Shown here one piece after another: positions 48,579 through 55,776 of a DNA stretch of 64,000 nt. The DNA lies in NCBI GenBank assembly GCA_049418765.1, contig JBMSJJ010000001.1, positions 87,529-151,528 on the forward strand, read 5' to 3'. The notes below the pieces were generated by a model that saw nothing but the letters and a program-made list of their open reading frames with translations, was not told where the DNA came from and searched no databases. This stretch comes from Rickettsiales bacterium (GTDB lineage Bacteria > Pseudomonadota > Alphaproteobacteria > Rickettsiales > UBA1997). Within the stretch, counting starts at the first letter, position 1; each line of letters opens with the position of its first letter. A program made the position numbers and the translations under genes.

Positions 48579-51236
48579 ATGCCACAGCCTTTTATAGAAA
48601 GATTGCTTAAATTTCTTTATGAAAATTACGAAAAAAGTAAATTAAATATTTTTTTCGGATCTCTGGTTTGCTTATTTGGACATCCAATATATTGGGCTGT
48701 GTGCGTGTATCTTGTGGAAGAACGATATGACAGTTTATTTTTTCGATTTAGCTCAAGCATAAGTTCTTTAGGTATATTATTTTTATTAATTTATTCTTCT
48801 CGTAAAAATTACAAAGCGCAGCCTTGGTTAATGATTCTATGGTATTTATGGGTAATGTGGATTTTGCCAATCACTTTCACTTATTTAATGCTTATTAATG
48901 ATTTTTCTAAGATTTGGTTAGTGGCTGAAACCATTATGATTTTTTTGGTGATTTTAATAGTGAACAATATTTTGCTGATACTTTTAATATTATCATTTGG
49001 CGTATTTTTTGGTTATTTATTTTATGATTATCTTTTCGGATATTCCTTAACCATTAGTTTTAGGGAGGTTGCCAGTATTTTATCCTTATTTCCATTTGCC
49101 TTTTTTTGCGGAACTTTGTTTTTGGCAAAGGCAAAAGTTGGCGATTTTGAAAGTAAAAAAGCTTCGATTTTCAAATCATTAGCAGGAGCCATAGCCCACG
49201 AATTAAGAAACCCGCTAGCCAGCATCAGCGCTGTTGTAATTAATGTTGAAAATTATATAAATCAAATCAAAAAAAGTATTTTTTTCAATGAAGAAATTGA
49301 TGAAATTAACAAAAATATTAAAAATGAAGATTTGGTTAAAAAAATTTTAAATAATTCTGAAAATTTTAAAAATGAAAAAAAGCAATTAACGCAATTTGTT
49401 GATTCGGTAAACCAGTCTGTTAGGCATGCCAATGATATTATTGATATTGTTTTAAGCGATATTTCTGAGAAAAAAATTGACGAAAATGATTTTATTTATT
49501 TATCCGCTTATGAAGTTATTGAAACCATTCAAAAATATTATCCTCAAAATCTATATTCATCAAAAATTATATATGAAATTCCAGATCCAGAAAAATTTAG
49601 TAATCTATTTTTTAAAACCACCATCGAGAGATTTTACTTTATTTTTAATAACCTAATTAAAAATGCTCTTTATTATTCAAATCAATTTCCAGACATTAAT
49701 ATTACCATAAGTTTTGACCAAAAAATTATTTCTGGAAAGAAATATAACTTAATTAACTTTCTGGATAATGGTCCAGGAATTTCTAAATATAATATTAAAA
49801 AATTATTTAATGATTTTTCCACTTTTAACAAAAAAGGTGGGACCGGACTTGGTTTAGCTTTTTGTAAAAAAAATATGAATTTATTTGGTGGCAATATTTA
49901 TTGTGAATCCAAATATGGCGAAGGGGATAGAGGGTGGACAAGATTTACTTTGTTATTTCCGTATCCTTCGAAAGAAGATGTTTTGAAAACTAAAGAGCTG
50001 TCTCAACAAAAGAAAATTTTGATTGTAGATGATCATGAAATTAATTTAATTGCATTAAAAACTAAAATTCAAAAATTATTGCCAAACATAATTTGTGAAA
50101 CCATAAGTAATTCAAGAGATGCAATAAATTTGGCCATAAATAAAAAATTCGATTTGGTCTTAATGGATATTCAAATGCCTGAAATTGACGGAATTGAATC
50201 TGCTCGAATAATTAAAAAAACTAAAAATAATTTACCTATTATTTCAGCAACTTCACTTTCTTATGAAACTTTTTATGAAGATTTGAAAAATCGCGGTAAT
50301 GTCAATGATTTTTCTGGCTATATTAGTAAAAATTCACCTTCAAATCAGGTAGCCAGAAATATTTCTAAATTACTTTTTGATTATGAAGATAATCTTAATT
50401 ATTTGGGCAGTAAAATTGAAAAAATTTATCCAAAAATTGTTGGAAAAAAAATAATATTAGCTGATGATCAGGAGTTGAATTTGGTAATGACTCGAAAAAT
50501 GCTGGAAAAACTTAATGTAATTACAATTGAGGCGAGAAGCGGTATTGAGGTGCTGAATTTATATAAAAATAGTCTTGATAATTTTGGAAAATCATCTTTT
50601 AATGCCATTATTACTGATATCAATATGGATCTTTTAAATGGAGATGAGGCTTCAAGTGAAATTCGTAAAATCGAAGAGGCAAATAATATTGAATTTGATA
50701 AAAAAATTCCGATTATCGCTCTTACTGGAGACGGCTCTGCTGATGCGGTGTCTGGATATTTTAAAAATGGCATGAATGATTATTTTGTTAAAGGTAAAAA
50801 TTTCGAAATTTTGATAAAAATTTTGGCAAATAATTTTATCGATATTGATTCTGATAAAGACTATATTGATAGGGGTGTTAATAATTTTCAATCACCAGAG
50901 ATTAGTATTAATTCAAATAATGTCTTTAACTCAAATTTTATTTCGAATTTTTCCGAGGAGGAGAAAAATAAAATTTTAAATTTATTTATCGATGATAGTA
51001 AACAAATTATTTCCAAAATCAAAAAATATAATGCGATTGGTAATCATGAAGTTGTTAATAATCATTTACATTCCCTTAAAGGAATATTGGCAAATGTTGG
51101 AGCTGAAAAAATGTTTAATTATGTCAAAACCATCGATAAAATCTATAACACCAAAACTCAAAATGATGATTGGGTAAAAAATATAGATGAATTACATCTA
51201 GAATTGCTTAAAGAGTTGGATAATTTTTTGAATTAA
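48579..51236 (+). CDS. hybrid sensor histidine kinase: about 6-TM sensor, HisKA/HATPase, two receiver domains, C-terminal HPt
   Basis: 885 aa with about six hydrophobic helices in residues 20-185. H-box AIAHELRNPLASI (His207, nt 49197-49199) and G-boxes GGTGLGLAFCKK. REC1 reads ILIVDDHEINL..LVLMDIQMPEIDG, and REC2 reads IILADDQELNL..AIITDINMDLLNGDE..PIIALTGDG. HPt reads HSLKGILANVGAEKM. Confidence 0.9.
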   Translation: MPQPFIERLLKFLYENYEKSKLNIFFGSLVCLFGHPIYWAVCVYLVEERYDSLFFRFSSSISSLGILFLLIYSSRKNYKAQPWLMILWYLWVMWILPITFTYLMLINDFSKIWLVAETIMIFLVILIVNNILLILLILSFGVFFGYLFYDYLFGYSLTISFREVASILSLFPFAFFCGTLFLAKAKVGDFESKKASIFKSLAGAIAHELRNPLASISAVVINVENYINQIKKSIFFNEEIDEINKNIKNEDLVKKILNNSENFKNEKKQLTQFVDSVNQSVRHANDIIDIVLSDISEKKIDENDFIYLSAYEVIETIQKYYPQNLYSSKIIYEIPDPEKFSNLFFKTTIERFYFIFNNLIKNALYYSNQFPDINITISFDQKIISGKKYNLINFLDNGPGISKYNIKKLFNDFSTFNKKGGTGLGLAFCKKNMNLFGGNIYCESKYGEGDRGWTRFTLLFPYPSKEDVLKTKELSQQKKILIVDDHEINLIALKTKIQKLLPNIICETISNSRDAINLAINKKFDLVLMDIQMPEIDGIESARIIKKTKNNLPIISATSLSYETFYEDLKNRGNVNDFSGYISKNSPSNQVARNISKLLFDYEDNLNYLGSKIEKIYPKIVGKKIILADDQELNLVMTRKMLEKLNVITIEARSGIEVLNLYKNSLDNFGKSSFNAIITDINMDLLNGDEASSEIRKIEEANNIEFDKKIPIIALTGDGSADAVSGYFKNGMNDYFVKGKNFEILIKILANNFIDIDSDKDYIDRGVNNFQSPEISINSNNVFNSNFISNFSEEEKNKILNLFIDDSKQIISKIKKYNAIGNHEVVNNHLHSLKGILANVGAEKMFNYVKTIDKIYNTKTQNDDWVKNIDELHLELLKELDNFLN

Positions 51237-51594
51237 AAGATAGATTTTGTTGCGAGGTTTTAAATTATAAGCTGAAATATTGATAAGTAGTTTTGGGCTT
51301 GTGGCTTGTGGTGGTGCATGATTTTTGGGCTCTAGATTATTTATAAAATAACATTAACAATTTTATAAGCTATTCAAACTAAATCTCAATAAAAATAATT
51401 AACCATTTTAAAATTTTTATTATAGTTAATTTCAAGTTGAAATATTAATATTTAATCTATAGCATCAAATTAATCTTGATGTTTAGTTGATAAGGTTTTG
51501 AAAATATTGATATTTTCTATTCAAAAAATTTATCTAAACCATTATCTTTTTAAAATAATTTCAAAGATTTTTACTAATTTTAAATTCTCAAATC

Positions 51595-52500
51595 ATGGCT
51601 TATTTTTTTATTTTTCTGATAACATTAATCATCTTTTTTTCAGTATTTATTGTTGAACAACAAACTGTTGCAGTGATTCAAACTTTTGGTAAATTTTCAA
51701 GAATTTGCAATTCAGGTCTAAATTTTATTATTCCTTTTATTCAAAATGTGGCGGGCAGGGTTAGTCTTAGAGTCAATCAGCTAGATGTTAAGGTGGAAAC
51801 AAAAACCGAAGATAATGTTTTTTTGCATGTAATGGTTTCGGTACAATATTTTATTAAACCCGATAAGGTTTATGAGGCATTTTATAAACTTCAAGATCCT
51901 AAACAACAAATCACCGCCTTTATCTTTGATGTGGTTCGAGCTAGAGTTCCAAGAATTATTTTAGATGATGTATTTGAAAAAAAAGATGAAATCGCAAATG
52001 CGGTAAAAGATGAGTTGTCTCAAGTTATGAATGAATTTGGTTATGGCATTATTAAGGCATTGGTAACTGATATTGACCCAGACAAAAAAGTTAAAGAGGC
52101 GATGAATGAAATTAATGTTGCCCAAAGAATGCGTGTGGCAGCTACAGAAAAAGGCGAGGCCGATAGAATTATCAAGGTAAAAGCTGCGCAGGCCGATGCC
52201 GAAAGTAAAGCTCTGCAGGGAAAGGGTATCGCTGATCAACGCACCGCAATTATTAATGGTTTAAAGGATTCTGTAAGTGATTTTAAAACCTCAATTCCAG
52301 TTCTAGGCGAGAGCGATATTTTAAATTTGGTTTTAGCAACTCAATATTTTGATACCCTTAAAGAGCTTGGCTCGCAAGGAAATAATAACACCATCATGAT
52401 CCCACATTCGCCAAATGCCATTGGAGAAATAATGCAACAATTTTCTAATGCGATGTTGGTAACGAAAAATATTGATAAAAATTTTGATTTACCAAAATAA
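51595..52500 (+). CDS. SPFH/band-7 (stomatin/prohibitin-like) membrane protein
   Basis: 301 aa with an N-terminal TM segment, then VEQQTVAVIQTFGKF.. and an Ala/Glu/Lys-rich helical region (AQRMRVAATEKGEADRIIKVKAAQADAESK). Confidence 0.85.
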   Translation: MAYFFIFLITLIIFFSVFIVEQQTVAVIQTFGKFSRICNSGLNFIIPFIQNVAGRVSLRVNQLDVKVETKTEDNVFLHVMVSVQYFIKPDKVYEAFYKLQDPKQQITAFIFDVVRARVPRIILDDVFEKKDEIANAVKDELSQVMNEFGYGIIKALVTDIDPDKKVKEAMNEINVAQRMRVAATEKGEADRIIKVKAAQADAESKALQGKGIADQRTAIINGLKDSVSDFKTSIPVLGESDILNLVLATQYFDTLKELGSQGNNNTIMIPHSPNAIGEIMQQFSNAMLVTKNIDKNFDLPK

Positions 52501-52517
52501 AATATTTATTAATAAAA

Positions 52518-52572
52518 GTGGTGCAATCAACATCCCGCATATGTGGGCTTTACACCTCTACATTATTTTTTT
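52518..52572 (+). terminator. possible terminator after the SPFH gene
   Basis: Inner hairpin cccgca-ta-tgtggg (52534-52547), flanked by ggtg/cacc and followed after about 9 nt by a T7 run (52566-52572). The geometry is imperfect. Confidence 0.3.
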
Positions 52573-52653
52573 GAGTAATTTTAATAAAAAACTATTGTTA
52601 AGCTGTTATCATATTTTACTATAAATTTTTTCAAATATTACTATAAAAAACAT

Positions 52654-53139
52654 CTACAAAATTTTTAACATAATTATATCATCAACATATTCATTGTTAA
52701 TTTTGGCAAAATTTGGACGAATGGCGATAATTTTGTATCCCAATTTTTCATATAAATTGATAGCAATTTTGTTATTAAAATTGCAACCAAGATATATTTG
52801 CAAAATATTTTTTTGTTTAGCAAAATTTTCAACAAATTTTATTAATTTGGTAGCAATTCCCAAATTGCGATGGGAATGCTTGATATATAGACTGCCTATC
52901 TCGGCGGTATGATTGATTTTATTTTTTTTAGCAATTTCAAAACTAATCATCGCTATCAAATTGTTTTCTTGAAAAAATCCAAACCAAAAGCTATTTTTTA
53001 ATTTTTGTTGCCAGTCTAAATTAGAATATTTAATTTCTTCCTCAAAAGTTGACAAGAAATTATTTGGTTCGGTTTTTAATGCTTCAAGCCGAAGATTAAT
53101 AAATGAATTTAGTTGATTTGAATCAATAATTTTAATCAT
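52654..53139 (-). CDS. GNAT family N-acetyltransferase
   Basis: 161 aa. The acetyl-CoA-binding region IKHSHRNLGIATKLIKFVENFAK (Q/RxxGxG/A-like) and C-terminal NKIAINLYEKLGYK are typical GNAT motifs. Confidence 0.85.
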   Translation of the reverse strand: MIKIIDSNQLNSFINLRLEALKTEPNNFLSTFEEEIKYSNLDWQQKLKNSFWFGFFQENNLIAMISFEIAKKNKINHTAEIGSLYIKHSHRNLGIATKLIKFVENFAKQKNILQIYLGCNFNNKIAINLYEKLGYKIIAIRPNFAKINNEYVDDIIMLKIL

Positions 53140-53308
53140 TTTAAATAATTGTATAAGTAGTATTTATGTCTTGTTTTGATAAAGCTTGATATCCAAAGTT
53201 TCCATTTTTTATTATTGTTGATGGTAGCCTATCAAATGGGTGTACAAAATAAGAGTTTGAAGAACCTAATATCAGGCCCTCTCGCTTCTTGTGTGTTATA
53301 AGCCTCAA

Positions 53309-53512
53309 TCATAGAATAATATTCTCTGAATACTCAGGGCTAATATTTGGTTGCGCAGGTGAGCATTGAGCAATTGTAGGTGCACTAGAATTGCAATAAG
53401 AAAGAGTTGGTGATGTAGGGTGAGTGCATAAACCATTCCCAAGTCCGGTTCTTACTTGATTTGGTCTGCCACCAGCTCCAAGACCACCTGCAATAAAATT
53501 CAATAATGACAT
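53309..53512 (-). CDS. small Gly/Pro/Ser/Thr/Cys-rich ORF of unknown function (possibly the 5' part of a TGA-interrupted 123-codon gene)
   Basis: 67 aa: MSLLNFIAGGLGAGGRPNQVRTGLGNGLCTHPTSPTLSYCNSSAPTIAQCSPAQPNISPEYSENIIL. The ATG directly abuts the glmM TAA. G+C sits at codon positions 1 and 2 while position 3 stays A/T-rich, which argues for real coding sequence. Confidence 0.45.
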   Translation of the reverse strand: MSLLNFIAGGLGAGGRPNQVRTGLGNGLCTHPTSPTLSYCNSSAPTIAQCSPAQPNISPEYSENIIL

Positions 53513-54880
53513 TTAGTTCTCTATAATTTTTTGTTTAATATTTTCGGCAATATTTTGAATTTCTTTTAAATTTTTACCCTCAACCATGATCCGAATTAAA
53601 TTTTCAGTTCCAGATTTACGAACCAATATTCTCCCTGATTTACCTACAATTTCTTGCTGTGATTTTATGTAATCTTGAATTTCATTTTTTTGCAAAGGAT
53701 TGACCTCGCTTTGAAATTTTACATTTACTAAAATTTGTGGATTAAGACTAAAAATCTGCCTCAAATTGCTAATTTTTTGTTGCTTTTGATTGGCTAGAAT
53801 TTCAAGAATTTGCAAGGAGGCAATTAGACCATCGCCAGTAGTGGAGTAATCTGAAAGCACTATATGACCCGATTGTTCGGCGCCAAAATTACATTTTTGT
53901 TTTTTCATTTCTTCTAAAACATAACGATCGCCAATATTGGTGCGAATTGTAGAGACGCCAATATAATTTAAATATTCCTCCAGCGCCATATTTGACATTT
54001 GAGTAATGACCACCAAATCCTTTTTAAGCCTGCCTTCATTATGAAGTTTTTCAGCGATAAGAGCAATTAAAATGTCGCCATCAATCATATCACCTAAATC
54101 ATCAACTACCACTAATCTGTCGGCATCGCCATCAAGGGCGATACCAATATCAGCCTGATGTTTCAAGACTTGTTGTTGCAAATCATGTGGATGGGTGGAT
54201 CCGCAATTTAGATTAATATTAAAACCATTTGGTTCGGTGTGAATCTCGATAACTTCTGCGCCAAGCTCACGAAAAATTGTGGGTGCGATGTTGTAAGAAG
54301 CTCCATTTGCGCAGTCGACTACAATTTTAATATTGCTTAAATTTTTGTCCTTTGGAAATGAATTTTTAACAAATTCAATATATCGTCCTTTTGGGTCTTC
54401 GAGCCTTTTTACCCGACCCAAATCATCGGATTTTGCTAAATATTTTTCTAAATTGCTTTCAATCATTTGCTCAATTTCAAACTCAATTTCGTCATCTAAT
54501 TTGTTACCATCGCGATTGAAAATTTTGATGCCATTATCCCCAAATGGATTATGCGAAGCTGAAATCATTATGCCAATATCGGCTCGAAGCGAACGGGTAA
54601 GCATAGAAACTGCTGGTGTTGGCACTGGACCAACTAAAAACACATCAAGACCCATAGCCACAAATCCTGAGGTTAGGGCAGGTTCAATCATATAGCCCGA
54701 TAATCTGGTGTCTTTGCCAATTACTACACGGTGGCGATGCGAATCATTGGTGAATGCCTTGCCAAACCTTGCGCCAAGAGCCATACCAACTTTTAGGGCA
54801 ATTTCTGCCGTCATCGGAAATTGATTGGCGGTGCCACGAATGCCATCAGTTCCAAAATATTTTTTATGATTTTTTGTCAT
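53513..54880 (-). CDS. glmM: phosphoglucosamine mutase
   Basis: 455 aa with YFGTDGIRG, ISASHNPFGDNGIK (active-site Ser), GIALDGDADR and RKSGTE. Confidence 0.95.
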   Translation of the reverse strand: MTKNHKKYFGTDGIRGTANQFPMTAEIALKVGMALGARFGKAFTNDSHRHRVVIGKDTRLSGYMIEPALTSGFVAMGLDVFLVGPVPTPAVSMLTRSLRADIGIMISASHNPFGDNGIKIFNRDGNKLDDEIEFEIEQMIESNLEKYLAKSDDLGRVKRLEDPKGRYIEFVKNSFPKDKNLSNIKIVVDCANGASYNIAPTIFRELGAEVIEIHTEPNGFNINLNCGSTHPHDLQQQVLKHQADIGIALDGDADRLVVVDDLGDMIDGDILIALIAEKLHNEGRLKKDLVVITQMSNMALEEYLNYIGVSTIRTNIGDRYVLEEMKKQKCNFGAEQSGHIVLSDYSTTGDGLIASLQILEILANQKQQKISNLRQIFSLNPQILVNVKFQSEVNPLQKNEIQDYIKSQQEIVGKSGRILVRKSGTENLIRIMVEGKNLKEIQNIAENIKQKIIEN

Positions 54881-54885
54881 CCTAT

Positions 54886-55776
54886 TTATAAACTTAAAAT
54901 GGTAATAATTGAAAATAGTGTAATAAAAATTCCTATAAGATTTTTTAGATTATGTTTTTCATTAAAATAATAAATTGAAATTAAAATGGCAATTATTATT
55001 TCAATTTGAGCTAATATTTTTACCGACAATACCTCGCCAAAACTGTAAGCACTATACCAAAAAAAGGAGCCAATAAAACTAAAAATACTGGCAATAAAAA
55101 AAGATTTTCGATTTTGAGCATGCCACAATGATTTAATACTTGAAATCAATGATTTTTCTTTAATTTTAATTAAAATAAAAAAAATATTTTGGAAAAAAAT
55201 TGTCCATAACAAAACTATGGTTGATGCCAAAAAAATATGGTAATTCTTGTTAATTAAAACTTGAGTTGCATCTTTTAAATTAAATGCGGTAATTGCAAAA
55301 CAAGAGCCGCATAAAATGCCATAAAAATTTCTTGGATTTTTGATTGAATCAATAAATTCTTGGCGATTATTAAATTTAAAATCACTCATTAAAATAATTC
55401 CGATAAAAGATAAAATTAATAACAATATTTTAAATGGTAATATTTTAAGATTATAAAAAAGGTAGCCGATTATTAAAGCTTGAATTGTTTCGGTCTTGCC
55501 AAGAGCAACTGCAATTGAAAAATTTTTACTCTGCATCGCTTTAATCAAAAAAATACTTCCTAACATTTGAAAAAAAGCATTAGTTAAGATATATTTAAAA
55601 AAAACAAAATTGTAGTTTTGGAAAGTGAGTAATACTAAAATTATGGCAATTGGAAATGGCATAATAAATCTTGCCCATGAAGAGGTTATGGCATCTACTT
55701 TTTTTGATAAATTTTTTTGTTCTAGATTGCGAAAAGTTTGAAAAAAAACTGCAAGTAAAGTTAAAATTATCCACAT
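54886..55776 (-). CDS. DMT-superfamily (EamA-like) transporter
   Basis: 296 aa with about 10 hydrophobic helices in two halves. The ATG abuts the alaS-fragment stop with no spacer. Confidence 0.7.
   Translation of the reverse strand: MWIILTLLAVFFQTFRNLEQKNLSKKVDAITSSWARFIMPFPIAIILVLLTFQNYNFVFFKYILTNAFFQMLGSIFLIKAMQSKNFSIAVALGKTETIQALIIGYLFYNLKILPFKILLLILSFIGIILMSDFKFNNRQEFIDSIKNPRNFYGILCGSCFAITAFNLKDATQVLINKNYHIFLASTIVLLWTIFFQNIFFILIKIKEKSLISSIKSLWHAQNRKSFFIASIFSFIGSFFWYSAYSFGEVLSVKILAQIEIIIAILISIYYFNEKHNLKNLIGIFITLFSIITILSL

Noticed and set aside
51291-51331. G+C-richer patch after the kinase gene, with short direct repeats (ggcttgt x2; ttttgggct x2).
   Set aside because: It is too short and lacks a convincing hairpin, T-run or ORF. 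It may be a decayed fragment, and I cannot support a feature call.
53309-53311. Considered UGA-to-Trp reassignment (genetic code 4) to explain the open frame continuing past the TGA.
   Set aside because: TGA clearly terminates well-conserved genes in this window: lysA at 33108-33110, the YmdB-like gene, yraN, and the DMT gene at 57794-57796. Trp is encoded by TGG in conserved motifs.
53230-53512. Considered that the G+C-richer stretch after glmM is a structured RNA (RNase P RNA, tmRNA piece, SRP or 6S RNA). An 'aagtccgg' string superficially recalls the RNase P P4 motif.
   Set aside because: I could not find the flanking conserved RNase P, tmRNA or SRP sequences. The G+C excess sits at codon positions 1 and 2 with A/T-rich third positions in a single open frame, which is the signature of coding sequence. 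A covariance-model scan (Rfam/Infernal) would settle it.
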